From the NCBI GenBank assembly GCA_035288225.1, contig DATEAT010000007.1, positions 4,828 to 68,827 of the forward strand: DNA of 64,000 nucleotides, given 5' to 3'. Position 1 is the first letter of the stretch, and every line of letters starts with the position of its first letter. The notes below the pieces were generated by a model, which saw only the letters and a program-made list of their open reading frames with translations, searched no databases and was not told the DNA's origin. The position numbers and the translations under genes were made by a program. Shown here piece by piece: positions 1 through 9,337 of this stretch. Source of the DNA: Anaerolineales bacterium (lineage in GTDB: Bacteria; Chloroflexota; Anaerolineae; Anaerolineales; RBG-16-64-43).

Positions 1-382
1 GCCTACTCTCGGGTTGCCCTATCTCACTCTGGCCCAGGGCGATCGCATGCTCGAACACTATTACACCCGCCGCTGGTACAACGTCTTCGAGATCTACGCC
101 GGCGAGTCATCGCTGCTCAAAGGCTGGTACTGCAATATCGCCCGTCCGGCGCACATGCACGGAAGCCTGATCGAGAGCGAGGATTTGGCGCTTGACCTCT
201 TCGTCTCGCCCGAAGGCAAGACACTTCTTCTCGACGAGGAGGAGTTCGCCGGGCTGGCGCTCTCCCCCGACGATCGCGCCCAGGCCACCGCCGGCCTCGC
301 GGACCTGCAGACCCTCGTTCGCGAACATCGCCCGCCGTTCGAGGCTCTGGCGCAGCAGGGGCGACCGCTCGACAGGGGTTAG
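1..382 (+). CDS. DUF402-family protein, C-terminal part (gene probably starts upstream of the window)
   Basis: Frame of ORF 14..382 stays open back to nt 2. Pattern WYNVFEIY..GWYCNIARP..EDLALDLFVSPEG..LDEEEF is typical of DUF402. Confidence 0.6.
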   Translation, partial: PTLGLPYLTLAQGDRMLEHYYTRRWYNVFEIYAGESSLLKGWYCNIARPAHMHGSLIESEDLALDLFVSPEGKTLLLDEEEFAGLALSPDDRAQATAGLADLQTLVREHRPPFEALAQQGRPLDRG

Positions 383-420
383 CCGCCACCGCGAGCCCTG
401 CCTCGCCGCGTGGGAACGGC

Positions 421-452
421 AAGGGCCTGGCGTGAGCCAGGCCCTTTGGTTT
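421..452. terminator. Hairpin between convergent genes (11-bp stem AAGGGCCTGGC / GCCAGGCCCTT, loop GTGA, then TGGTTT)
   Basis: Perfect inverted repeat 421-431 / 436-446 read directly. It sits between the end of the + gene (382) and the end of the - gene (475). Confidence 0.6.
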
Positions 453-474
453 CATCGACCGATGGTATTCGAAC

Positions 475-747
475 TCAGACTGCCGGAGGAATTTCCGCGG
501 TCTTCTTCTTGCGCAGCGTCAGGATGCCGACGATAACCGGGATGGCGATCAGAATCAGACCGCCGCAGATGCCCGCTACGCCATACCACGTCGGTGTAGC
601 ACCGCTGGAGCTGGTGCCCATCAATTCACTGGTGTACGTGCCCAGCCCCACCGCCGTCAGCACGCCGCCCAAGCACACGAACAGACCCGGGCAGCCGCAC
701 AACAGCGCTGTGGCAACGGTCAGGATGATTGCTGTCGTTCGATTCAT
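475..747 (-). CDS. Small membrane protein (two hydrophobic helices, basic C-terminus), unknown function
   Basis: ORF track 90 aa with two long hydrophobic stretches. GGAG-type purine tract lies upstream of the ATG (revcomp of 748-760). Confidence 0.5.
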   Translation of the reverse strand: MNRTTAIILTVATALLCGCPGLFVCLGGVLTAVGLGTYTSELMGTSSSGATPTWYGVAGICGGLILIAIPVIVGILTLRKKKTAEIPPAV

Positions 748-889
748 CGCATCTCCTCCGAAGAATGAATTACCGCTCGTCGAGTATTGTCGGCCTTTGC
801 CTGCGGCCCGCGACTCTCACCCCGCCCGGCGCCAACCGAGGGAAATTGTAATCCCGACTCGTCGAATCTGCTATGGCCGATTCACGAGC

Positions 890-920
890 GAGTGCCGCCG
901 CGGTTGACGCGGCGGCACTC
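890..920 (-). terminator. 13-bp perfect hairpin downstream of the DUF4126 gene
   Basis: GAGTGCCGCCGCG gttga CGCGGCGGCACTC. It lies 30 nt past the stop at 951. No clear U-run. Confidence 0.4.
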
Positions 921-950
921 AATGGACTCGCAAGCCACGATCAGGCGTGG

Positions 951-1526
951 TTAGGCAGCTTCGAGGGCCTCGCGGTTGGCGCGCCGCCAAATGCGCCAGA
1001 TGACCCAGGCAGCGACCACGCACAGGAGCGCCCCCAGGAAGACCGGGATGACCACGGCCAATACCGACATCACCGTAGCCAGGATGTCTTCGCCGGCGCT
1101 GACAATCGGGTTCGCCGTGCCGCCCGTGGCGATGGTCACAGCCGGGCGGACCGCCAGCGCCTTGACCGCATGCACGCCTCCAGCCACCAGCAACCCGGCG
1201 ACGATGGCCACAACCGGATGGACATCGGTGATGACATGGGCGCTGGCCGCAAAGACCACTGCCCCGGCGGCCGGCCGCACAAAGGACTGAATGATGTCGT
1301 TGATGTGGTTGACCGCCGGCACCTTATCGGCGAAGATCTCGATCAGCAGCAGCACGCCGAGTATGCCGATCACCCACCAACTGGTCAGCGTATCCCACGG
1401 CGCCGAGAGCTTGATCCACGGCGTGAGCTTGGCCATGAGCGCCACGACCAGCAAGGGGATGTAGGCGTTCAACCCAGCGCTGGCCGAAAGGCCAAAGGCC
1501 GAGAGAACCCCAAGCAAAGATTCCAT
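951..1526 (-). CDS. DUF4126-family integral membrane protein
   Basis: I chose the internal ATG at 1526 (MESLLGVLSAFGLSASAGLNAYIPLLVVALMA..), which is preceded by GGAGGAGAAAG. The ORF-track extension to 1622 has no membrane-protein character. Confidence 0.6.
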   Translation of the reverse strand: MESLLGVLSAFGLSASAGLNAYIPLLVVALMAKLTPWIKLSAPWDTLTSWWVIGILGVLLLIEIFADKVPAVNHINDIIQSFVRPAAGAVVFAASAHVITDVHPVVAIVAGLLVAGGVHAVKALAVRPAVTIATGGTANPIVSAGEDILATVMSVLAVVIPVFLGALLCVVAAWVIWRIWRRANREALEAA

Positions 1527-1752
1527 CTTTCTCCTCCGCAAGCCATTGTGCATCCAAGTGATGCACCGCGGCCCATTGCGTGCTTTGCATCCTACCACAC
1601 TCGCTGTCGACCTCGAGCGCAACAGCCGCTAACCACCCCAGCGTCCGGCGCGATTCGCGCCGAACGGTGGCCGGGTTTCATGATTCATCTACGCAGGAGG
1701 TGCTCAGTGAGTTGCAGGCGGGGGCACGGACCAAGATGTTGCGGAAGGAACA

Positions 1753-1800
1753 CTCCACCTCACCCCCTGCCTTCGGAACGAAGGTGGGGGCCAGGGCCGG
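1753..1800. repeat. REP-like structured element, copy A (CTCCACCTCACCCCC + hairpin CCCCTGCCTTCG gaa CGAAGGTGGGG)
   Basis: About 30/35 nt identical to 17145-17179, and the C-rich 5' arm recurs at 17071-17092. One stem difference is compensated (T-A versus C-G). Confidence 0.5.
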
Positions 1801-1821
1801 TCGTCCTTCTTCCGCAGGCTC

Positions 1822-2676
1822 CTAAGCGCCCAGGCGCAGCCCGCCCCACGTGCCGGTAAGGCTAAAACGCAACATGTCAATGGCCGCGATGTGAAGCAGC
1901 GCCAGTGTGAGAGCCGCGAGGACGTGCGGCCAGGCCTCGATCAGGCGGACAAATCGATTCTCGCTGCGCAGGATGACCAGCCACAGCACCAGGTAGACGC
2001 CGCACAGCGTCGCCAGTACGCCGACGACGCTGAACAGCGCCAGCGGATAGAGCACAAGCGCGTTCTCGGGCAGCACCAGGCCGATGAGAATTGGAGCTGC
2101 AGCGAGATAGAGCGCCATCTCGCCAAAGCTGTCAAGAACCGGCCGGGTGTCCTGCTCGCGCCAGAGAGTCTGGTTCACGGCGGGCAGAAGGAAGATCGGG
2201 ACGATCAGCCCGACCAATGTGCCGGTGGTGAGACGCAGCCAGTTGTGGGGTGTGTACAGTGTGGGCAGCCTACCGAAAAGTGCGGCGTACGAATTGGTCC
2301 CGTCCACAACCCACGGCACGACGAGCGCGGCCAGCACGAGAACGAGGGCGATGCGCGGCCAGCCGGATCGTCTGCCTCGGCCCGTGGCGATGAACAGCGC
2401 CGTCCCCGTGAAGACGCCCAGGAACGTGCCGGTGCATCGCGCACACAGCGGCAGCGCCCGCTCGCCCAGATGGAACGAACGCAGCTCGATGCGGTGGCAC
2501 ACAGCGTAGCCCACGCCGTCGGCGGCGCCCAGCAGGCCCTGGGGCGCAAGGTAGAGCGCCCCGGCCGCGACGAAGATGAAGGCCAGGACGACGATGCGCC
2601 GCAGCCAACGTGCGGAAAGCCCCGGCGGTTGCTCCCCCGCGTTGGAGAGTGGCTTGGCCTTAGGCGATGTCGTCAT
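1822..2676 (-). CDS. DUF2085-family membrane protein
   Basis: CHRIELRSFHLGERALPLCARCTG motif followed by several TM helices. Start is uncertain: ATG at 2676, or TTG at 2715 as in the ORF track. Confidence 0.6.
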   Translation of the reverse strand: MTTSPKAKPLSNAGEQPPGLSARWLRRIVVLAFIFVAAGALYLAPQGLLGAADGVGYAVCHRIELRSFHLGERALPLCARCTGTFLGVFTGTALFIATGRGRRSGWPRIALVLVLAALVVPWVVDGTNSYAALFGRLPTLYTPHNWLRLTTGTLVGLIVPIFLLPAVNQTLWREQDTRPVLDSFGEMALYLAAAPILIGLVLPENALVLYPLALFSVVGVLATLCGVYLVLWLVILRSENRFVRLIEAWPHVLAALTLALLHIAAIDMLRFSLTGTWGGLRLGA

Positions 2677-2724
2677 GGGGAAGCCGGGCGGTTCGATGTC
2701 CGTCGGTGCGTGCAACTATGCACT

Positions 2725-3345
2725 TCACGCAGCCAGCAGCTTGTCGAGCTCGCCGCGCGAGGCTTTCTCGATCTCGGTGTGCAGGCTTTGCCCGTGCGAA
2801 TCCATCGTCACCACGGCCGGGAAGTCCACCACCTCAATGACCCACATGGCCTCGGGCACGCCAAACTCCAGCTTGAGCACACCTTGAACGCTCTTCACTG
2901 TCTCGGCAATGAGCGTGGCTGCCCCGCCAATGGCGTGCAGGTAGACTCCCGGGATCTCGCCGCAGGCTGCCAGCGTGCGCGGGCCCATACCGCCCTTGCC
3001 GATCACGGCCCGCACTCCGAAATGCCGCATGACCTCACCCTGATACGGCTCTTCGCGGATCGAGGTCGTTGGTCCGGCGGCTTTGAAAACGTACTGCTTC
3101 GTCTGCAACCCGGCCACCACCGGCCCGCAATGGTAGATCGCCCCGCCTCGCAATAGGTCCCGCAGCGCGGCATAGGTCTGTTCATCGTCACCGCTGGGCG
3201 GGCGCGTGCGGCGAATGTAGGTGTCGATCATCCACTTGTGCGCCGTATCGCGGGCGGTAATCATGACTCCCGAGAGCAGCACCGAGTCCCCCAGGTGCAA
3301 GGCGCGGATGGCTTCTTCGGAGAGCGGCATGTGCAGCGGTATCAT
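2725..3345 (-). CDS. Class I (Fe-S) fumarate hydratase / tartrate dehydratase, beta subunit
   Basis: LHLGDSVLLSGVMITARDTAHKW.. and GKGGMG motifs of the Fumerase_C domain. It lies directly downstream of the alpha subunit. Confidence 0.8.
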   Translation of the reverse strand: MIPLHMPLSEEAIRALHLGDSVLLSGVMITARDTAHKWMIDTYIRRTRPPSGDDEQTYAALRDLLRGGAIYHCGPVVAGLQTKQYVFKAAGPTTSIREEPYQGEVMRHFGVRAVIGKGGMGPRTLAACGEIPGVYLHAIGGAATLIAETVKSVQGVLKLEFGVPEAMWVIEVVDFPAVVTMDSHGQSLHTEIEKASRGELDKLLAA

Positions 3346-3360
3346 GCGGTCCTCCTGCCC

Positions 3361-4233
3361 TTACTCGATGGCCTGAGAGTCGCCGCGGACAGTCAGCCGC
3401 CGCCGGCGGTCGGCCCAGCACATATACGACACCGTGACAAAGTAGGAGGCCGGCAGGCGGTGTTGGCTGGTCATCTTGACCCCCAGCACCGTCGTCGCGC
3501 CGCCAAAACCCATCGGCCCCACGCCCAGCCGGTTGGCCTCCTGCGTCAGCTGGGCTTCCATGCGCGCCAGGTCCGGGTTGGGGTTGGTGTCGTCCAGTCG
3601 GCGCAACAGTTGTTGCTTGGAGCGGGCATACGAGGTGCCGCGGTCGCCGCCGATGGAGACGCCCAACACGCCCGGTGCGCATCCCAGTCCCTGAGCTTGG
3701 TGGACAGCATCCAACACCGCCCGGCGGACGCCTTGCAGGTCGCGGTCCGCCCCCAGGCGGTCATCGGGCAGCGAGTACTGCGCGCCCACGTTTTCGCACC
3801 CGCCGCCCTTGAGCAACAAATCGACCGTCAGGGTGTCGCCTTCGACCTCTTCGAAGTGCAGGCTGGGAAAGGCTTCGTCGCCCAGGTTGTTGCCGCTGTT
3901 TTTTCCACTCAGGCTGTCGACCGCGTTCGGCCGCAGGTAGGCGTCTTCCGTGGCGCGGGCGATCGCCGCACGCATTTGCTCACGCAGGGCGCGGCTGCTC
4001 CATCCGGCGGGGTAGCGCACAAAGAAGATCGGGGTGCCCGTATCCTGGCAAATGGGCGAAATCTTCTCACGCGCCAGTTCAACGTTCTGCAAAATGCTCT
4101 CGAGGGCGCCGCGAGCCGCCGAACCGGGTGCCTCACGATCGCGTGCCTCGGTAAGCGCGCGGCGCACGTCGGCCGGAAGGTCGGTGGACGTGCGCCGGAT
4201 GAGTTCCACGAACTGCTCAGTCAGGTCCTGCAT
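3361..4233 (-). CDS. Class I (Fe-S) fumarate hydratase / tartrate dehydratase, alpha subunit
   Basis: ICQDTGTPIFFV, LLLKGGGCEN and VSIGGDRG motifs. Start set at ATG 4233 (MQDLTEQF..), which is preceded by GGAGGGAGAG. The ORF-track N-terminal extension was rejected. Confidence 0.8.
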   Translation of the reverse strand: MQDLTEQFVELIRRTSTDLPADVRRALTEARDREAPGSAARGALESILQNVELAREKISPICQDTGTPIFFVRYPAGWSSRALREQMRAAIARATEDAYLRPNAVDSLSGKNSGNNLGDEAFPSLHFEEVEGDTLTVDLLLKGGGCENVGAQYSLPDDRLGADRDLQGVRRAVLDAVHQAQGLGCAPGVLGVSIGGDRGTSYARSKQQLLRRLDDTNPNPDLARMEAQLTQEANRLGVGPMGFGGATTVLGVKMTSQHRLPASYFVTVSYMCWADRRRRLTVRGDSQAIE

Positions 4234-4354
4234 GCTCTCCCTCCGCACGCGCACATGAAGGCGTGCCCAGATTGTGAGCAGGGACACTCTCCCGGGGGAG
4301 TGACAAACGACAGCGCCCAGCCAATGACCGACGTCCTGATTGTCGAGTTCGGCA

Positions 4355-5821
4355 CTAGGATGCCGGCACGCTCCAGTCCCCGCCAAGAATCAACTGCACG
4401 TCGATGCCTTGCTCGAGGCTGACCTGGCTGAGATTGTTGCCGGAAGCAATGCCCATAAGTTCCACCAGGAAGCGCACGGTGTAAGGCATGCCGCTGAAAT
4501 CGATCACCTGGGTGGAGGGGTAGTATCCGGCGGCATCGCCGACGGAAATGTTGGCATCGGGAAGCCCCATGCGCACCAGGTATTCCTTCGTGGCGCCGGC
4601 CAGCCCCGGTATGCCGGAGCCATTGAGGATTTCGATCTTCGCGCCCTCTTTGGGTGCCAACTCGGCCGGATTGGCCACCGGGGTCAGCGGCCCCGGCGAG
4701 CCGGCGGAGGTGAAGATGTCATCCCGCAGCGCGCGCACCTTCTCCAAGTTGGGGATGAGCACGTCCAGGTCGTCGATTCGTTGCATCGACTGCAACTGGT
4801 CCGGCCCGATCGTGCCGGAGCGAATGTTGTCGCGCGAGACATCCTTGGCCGACCAGCCCAGCGAGAGCATCTGGTCGATGGTCAGGTTGGTCCGGACACC
4901 GCCCATGGCCGTGTTCCACAGATTTGGCGCGCGCGCGATGAGCAGCGGCAAGGACTCCAGGCTGAGCAATTTGTCGCGAACCGCGTAGATCACTTCTTGC
5001 TGTCGGCGGGCGCGGTCGAAGTCGCCGCCCTCCGAGCTGCGCGCGCGTGCGTAAGCCAGCGCGGCCGAACCGTTGAGGTGGTGCCGGCCGCGATGCAGGC
5101 GAATGGTGTTACCCGGTCCGATCGGGTCGATGCGTAGCTCCTCTTCTGGGACGTCGACGTCGATGCCGCCGATCTCATCGATGAACGTCATAAACGAGCC
5201 GAAGTCGATCACCGCGTAGTAATCGATCGGCACACCCAACAGAGTTTGCACTGTTTGCATCGCCAGTGCCGGCCCGCCTCCGGGAAGGCGGTAGGCTTCG
5301 GCATCGAAGTAGGCCTTGTTGATCTTGTCGTAGCCGAAGCCGGGGATTTCCACCCACAGATCGCGCGGGATCGAGAGCATACCGACGTTGAGCCCGACCG
5401 GATCGAAGCTGATGAGCATCATCGTATCGGTGCGCGGCGGGCCGTCGCTAGTCACCGTGTCGCGATAGTCGAGGCCCATGACCAACACCGTGACCCGTTC
5501 GACGCTGTTCCACGGTTTGGGGGTGGGCCCGGCCATCAGGCCCGGCGGCGGGGTAATCCCCGGCGCCGAACTCGTGCTCTGCGCCGAGGGAGAGAAAATG
5601 CCCGCCAGCCCGCCGCTGCCCGCGGCGACGATGTTGCGCACCAGCGTGAAGGCAAAATAGGTCGAGGCCGCCAGGGCCACCACGAAGGCTGCGCTCAGCC
5701 CCCACAATCCCCAGTTGACCGATTTCATTCTCTCGGTCGGGATCTTCGGCACGCGCGGCGGCCGGACCTTCGGCAGTTTTGGCTCACGTTGTTTCGGCGT
5801 TGGTAGATACGACATTCCCAA
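4355..5821 (-). CDS. LytR-CpsA-Psr (LCP) family cell-envelope phosphotransferase with C-terminal LytR_C-like domain
   Basis: N-terminal TM anchor, then VLVMGLDYRD..RTDTMMLISFDP..SIPRDLWV..KINKAYF. The first codon is TTG at 5821, and an ATG follows 2 codons later. Confidence 0.75.
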   Translation of the reverse strand: MGMSYLPTPKQREPKLPKVRPPRVPKIPTERMKSVNWGLWGLSAAFVVALAASTYFAFTLVRNIVAAGSGGLAGIFSPSAQSTSSAPGITPPPGLMAGPTPKPWNSVERVTVLVMGLDYRDTVTSDGPPRTDTMMLISFDPVGLNVGMLSIPRDLWVEIPGFGYDKINKAYFDAEAYRLPGGGPALAMQTVQTLLGVPIDYYAVIDFGSFMTFIDEIGGIDVDVPEEELRIDPIGPGNTIRLHRGRHHLNGSAALAYARARSSEGGDFDRARRQQEVIYAVRDKLLSLESLPLLIARAPNLWNTAMGGVRTNLTIDQMLSLGWSAKDVSRDNIRSGTIGPDQLQSMQRIDDLDVLIPNLEKVRALRDDIFTSAGSPGPLTPVANPAELAPKEGAKIEILNGSGIPGLAGATKEYLVRMGLPDANISVGDAAGYYPSTQVIDFSGMPYTVRFLVELMGIASGNNLSQVSLEQGIDVQLILGGDWSVPAS

Positions 5822-5984
5822 ATCCCGTTGATCTCGTGCGGTTGTGCGTTCTGGTATGCTTCGGACGGTCGATTATAACACCCGCACTTTGGCCAACACT
5901 GCAGTGCGTGGCAAGACCGGGCACCACAGCGGAGGCAGCTGCACGTGCCTTCGTTCGGTTGGAGAGCAGGAGAGTATACCGACG

Positions 5985-6605
5985 GTGGTCTGGCCGCATC
6001 CGCTCGAGCCGTTGACCCTCGAAGGCCGGTTCATCCGGCTGCTCCCCTTGGCAGCAGCCCATGCTCAAGCGCTATTCGACATTGGGCGCGATGAAGACAT
6101 CTGGCGATTCATGCCTTACGGACGGATGGACTCACTGGCCGATATGGAAGCCTGGATGACCCTCTTGCTCGAGCACCGGGCCCGCGGCAGCGATTTGCCT
6201 TTCGTCGTCTTCCATCGTGGTCAGGCCAAGGTTGTGGGTGCCACCCGTTTCATGAACGCAGATGCGCCCAATCGGGCCGTCGAAATCGGCGGCACCTGGT
6301 ACGCCGCAGGATATCGCGGAACGATCGTCAACCCTGAAGCCAAACTGCTCTTGCTGCAGCACGCGTTCGAGCACTTGGCCTGCGTTCGCGTCCAATTCCG
6401 GACCGACCTGCGCAACCTGCGCTCGCAGCGCGCATTGGAGCGGCTGGGCGCCGTGCGCGAGGGCGTGTGGCGCGAACACATGTTGCTCCCCGACGGCCAC
6501 CGCCGCAGTTCGGTCGTCTACAGTATTCTCGAAAAGGAATGGCCCGCCGTCAAGGCGGGCCTGATGCAACGCGTGGCCAAGGACGCGGCGAAGCCAGCTA
6601 CTTGA
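5985..6605 (+). CDS. GNAT-family N-acetyltransferase (RimJ/RimL-like)
   Basis: LEGRFIRLLPL..DIWRFMPYG..VGATRFM..IEIGGTWY..GYRGT. Start guessed at GTG 5985 after AGGAGAG. The ORF track allows 5844. Confidence 0.6.
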   Translation: MVWPHPLEPLTLEGRFIRLLPLAAAHAQALFDIGRDEDIWRFMPYGRMDSLADMEAWMTLLLEHRARGSDLPFVVFHRGQAKVVGATRFMNADAPNRAVEIGGTWYAAGYRGTIVNPEAKLLLLQHAFEHLACVRVQFRTDLRNLRSQRALERLGAVREGVWREHMLLPDGHRRSSVVYSILEKEWPAVKAGLMQRVAKDAAKPAT

Positions 6606-6741
6606 GAACGAAGGAGAGCACGATCATCACCACCACGAACGAACCGGCGATCAGCGCGATGCGCCGTAGGTCCTTCTTGATGTGTGAATAGTTCGGGTTA
6701 AAGGTTTCCGGGCGAGTCGGGCGCACCATCTTTCGGCTCAT
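6598..6741 (-). CDS. Unlisted 47-aa single-pass membrane protein (MSRKMVRPTRPETFNPNYSHIKKDLRRIALIAGSFVVVMIVLSFVLK)
   Basis: My own translation, because it is below the ORF-track size cut-off. ATG at 6741 is preceded by GGAG. Charged N-terminus plus one TM helix. The 3' end overlaps the GNAT stop by 8 nt. Confidence 0.4.
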   Translation of the reverse strand: MSRKMVRPTRPETFNPNYSHIKKDLRRIALIAGSFVVVMIVLSFVLK

Positions 6742-6775
6742 ACACTGTCTCCTCGGACCGAATTATACCGCGGTC

Positions 6776-7663
6776 TCAGTTCCCCACGAGTTCGGCAGTC
6801 ACCACGATGCGCTGAGAGTCAATCATGTACGGATAGCACGAGATGAGCGTCAGCGTCGCCCGCGGGCTGGCGGCCATCACCTCAACCTCCGTCGGCGTCA
6901 CCAAGCGCCACCCCACCACGCGATAGGTGTACACCTGGCGGGACGTCGAAACGCGCACCTCGTCGCCGGGTGCCAACCTGTCCAAATCGCGGAACACCTC
7001 TCCATAAATGTCGTTGTGCCCGGAAAGCACCATGTTGCCCAGGCGCCCCGGATCGGCCGACCCAATGTGATGGGCGACACCTTGCTTGAGCTGCTCCCAG
7101 CCGTCGCCTTCCACCACCGGAATGGCCAGCTTGCCAATCGCCGGCACGTCCAACAGCAATGCCTGTTCCGGCCCGCTGGTGGGTACCGCTGGCGCCGGCA
7201 TCGATTGCACGAGGGCGCGCAGATTGGCAGGAATCTCATCTTGGTTGGGTTGCGCGCCGCCGGGCGAATTGGGAGGGGTGTGTCCTGAGGGCAACACCAC
7301 GGCTGAAATCAGCGGGGTGGGCGTTGTGCGCCCAAGGGCCGAAGAGACTTCGCGGTTGAGCCTGTCGAGCACCCCGGCCCCGTTGATCAGGACCAGCGCC
7401 AAGCCAATGGCTGCCCCGACCTCGACAAACAACAGCAGCCGGTCCAACACGCGCCGCGAACGGGAAGCCGGTGGGCTGGTATGCGTGGTCTGGCCTTCGT
7501 CCGCAGGCGAGGAGGGCAGCGGGTGAAGCGTGCGTCCAGTGCGGCGGAACTGCGCAAGCCGGTCGCGTCGCTCGGCCAGGCGTTTGGCCGCGAGCAGCCG
7601 TTCAAGTTCCCGGACCGAAAGATTCTTGGGATCTTTGGATGCCATGCGTGTCCCGCTCTGCAC
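6776..7663 (-). CDS. Sortase-family transpeptidase (membrane anchored)
   Basis: LSGHNDIYGEVF (His), TLTLISCYPY (TLxTC-type Cys) and RIVVTAEL (Arg), with an N-terminal TM segment. Confidence 0.75.
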   Translation of the reverse strand: MQSGTRMASKDPKNLSVRELERLLAAKRLAERRDRLAQFRRTGRTLHPLPSSPADEGQTTHTSPPASRSRRVLDRLLLFVEVGAAIGLALVLINGAGVLDRLNREVSSALGRTTPTPLISAVVLPSGHTPPNSPGGAQPNQDEIPANLRALVQSMPAPAVPTSGPEQALLLDVPAIGKLAIPVVEGDGWEQLKQGVAHHIGSADPGRLGNMVLSGHNDIYGEVFRDLDRLAPGDEVRVSTSRQVYTYRVVGWRLVTPTEVEVMAASPRATLTLISCYPYMIDSQRIVVTAELVGN

Positions 7664-7767
7664 ACGATCGATGCGCAGAGTGCCTTAACCCCTGGGGTGC
7701 ACAGATTGTGCCTGCGGTTTTTGGGCCGAATCCAGAAGTTTGTGCGTTGGGGCGCAGGTCCGCCCGG

Positions 7768-8460
7768 TCAATGGGCCGGCTTGGGCACTTCGTCCCGGCT
7801 CGGTGGAGCCAACCGAGCGCGCGCCTGCGCAACCGGGTGGTACGAGAGGCGGTGCAGCGGCGTCGGGCCCAGCCGCTCAAGTGCCCGACGGTGTTCAGGT
7901 GTGCCGTAGCCCTTGTTGCGAGCCAAACCAAACTCGGGGAAGTTCTCGTCGTACATCATCATCACTCGATCGCGCCACACCTTGGCCACCACCGAAGCGG
8001 CGGCCACCGAAAGCATGCGCGCATCGCCACGCGGCAGGGCCGTCTGCGGGAGCGGGCACTCGGGCAATCGCAGGTAGTCGATCAGCAGGTGATCGGGAGG
8101 CACGGCCAGCGCGTCGAGGGCCCGCTGCATTGCCAGGCGCGTCGCGCCCAGCGGCCCGAGGTCATCCACCTCCCCCGGCGCCGCGCTGCCCACGGCCCAG
8201 GCGAGGGCCACAGCCAGTATGGCCTCCGCCCAACGATCCCGGCCGGCGGGTGTCATGACTTTGGAATCACGAACCCCGCGCAGCATGCGCGCCAGGTTAT
8301 CACGCCCGGCCGGGAGCACCACGGCGGCCGCGACGAGCGGCCCGGCCCACGCACCTCGCCCCACCTCGTCCAGCCCGGCGACGTGCATGCAGCCGCGGCG
8401 CCACAGCCCGGCTTCATAGCGCAGACTGGGGCGGCGAGGGCCGTGAGGTGTCATACACAC
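7768..8460 (-). CDS. rnhB: Ribonuclease HII
   Basis: VAGLDEVGRGAWAGPLVAAAV, DSK and SVAAASVVAKVWRD motifs. The 5' end overlaps the upstream GT2 gene. Confidence 0.85.
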   Translation of the reverse strand: MCMTPHGPRRPSLRYEAGLWRRGCMHVAGLDEVGRGAWAGPLVAAAVVLPAGRDNLARMLRGVRDSKVMTPAGRDRWAEAILAVALAWAVGSAAPGEVDDLGPLGATRLAMQRALDALAVPPDHLLIDYLRLPECPLPQTALPRGDARMLSVAAASVVAKVWRDRVMMMYDENFPEFGLARNKGYGTPEHRRALERLGPTPLHRLSYHPVAQARARLAPPSRDEVPKPAH

Positions 8461-9169
8461 CGCGCATCCAGTTCACCCGGATGCGCACCAAGTCCGCCAA
8501 CATGCGTAGCGAATCGGCCGCCACCTGCACCCGGCTTTCGGCCTGGTAGGTCCAGGGGATCGGCACATCGACGACAGAGTATCCCAGCCGGCGGGCGAGG
8601 AAGAGATCCTCGACGTCGAAGGTCCATCCCTGGAGCACCTGGCGCGAGAAGACATCCTGCGCAGCCCGCGCGCGGTAGCACTTGAAGCCGCACTGCGTGT
8701 CTTCGAAACCGCGCAGCACGATCAGTTTGACGGCTTGGGCGAAGACCCGGCCCATCAGATGCCGGTAGGCCGGCTCGCCAAAGCGGCGCGCACCCTGGGC
8801 CTCGCGCGACCCGATGGCCACCTCCGCTTCGACCCGCGGCGGCAGAAAGCGGCCCACCTCTTCGATGGGCATCGACAGATCCGCATCGCACATGAAGCGG
8901 AATGCGCCGCGCGCCGCCAGCATGCCCGCGCGCACCGCGCCGCCCTTGCCGGCCCGCGGCACCGAAAGCAACCGCAGCTGGGCGAAGCCGGGTCGTGCGC
9001 GCTCGACCACAGCTCGCGTGCCGTCGCGGCTTCCGTTTTCCACAATGATGACTTCGAATGTATAGCCCTGGGTGGGAAGGAACTCTTGCAGGCGGCGCAG
9101 CGTGGAGGGCAAGCGGTGTTCTTCGTTGTGCGCCGGGATGACGACCGAGAGGAAAATCTCTTCCGCCAT
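8414..9169 (-). CDS. Family 2 glycosyltransferase (dolichyl/polyprenyl-phosphate glycosyltransferase-like)
   Basis: LSVVIPAHNEE..VIIVENGSRDGT..CDADLSMP (DxD) motifs. Confidence 0.75.
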   Translation of the reverse strand: MAEEIFLSVVIPAHNEEHRLPSTLRRLQEFLPTQGYTFEVIIVENGSRDGTRAVVERARPGFAQLRLLSVPRAGKGGAVRAGMLAARGAFRFMCDADLSMPIEEVGRFLPPRVEAEVAIGSREAQGARRFGEPAYRHLMGRVFAQAVKLIVLRGFEDTQCGFKCYRARAAQDVFSRQVLQGWTFDVEDLFLARRLGYSVVDVPIPWTYQAESRVQVAADSLRMLADLVRIRVNWMRGVYDTSRPSPPQSAL

Positions 9170-9337
9170 GTCGGCCGGATTGTATCAGAAAGGCGGTCCA
9201 CAATCGGCTATCGAGGCGAGGCGCCGACGAAGCGCGCGACGAGATGATGTCCCCAGTTCTCTGCCTGAGGATGAAGACGGAGATCATCGATCGAGGAGTG
9301 TCAATGCCGGGCGCGGGTGCCGCGGACGTGCAGGAAG

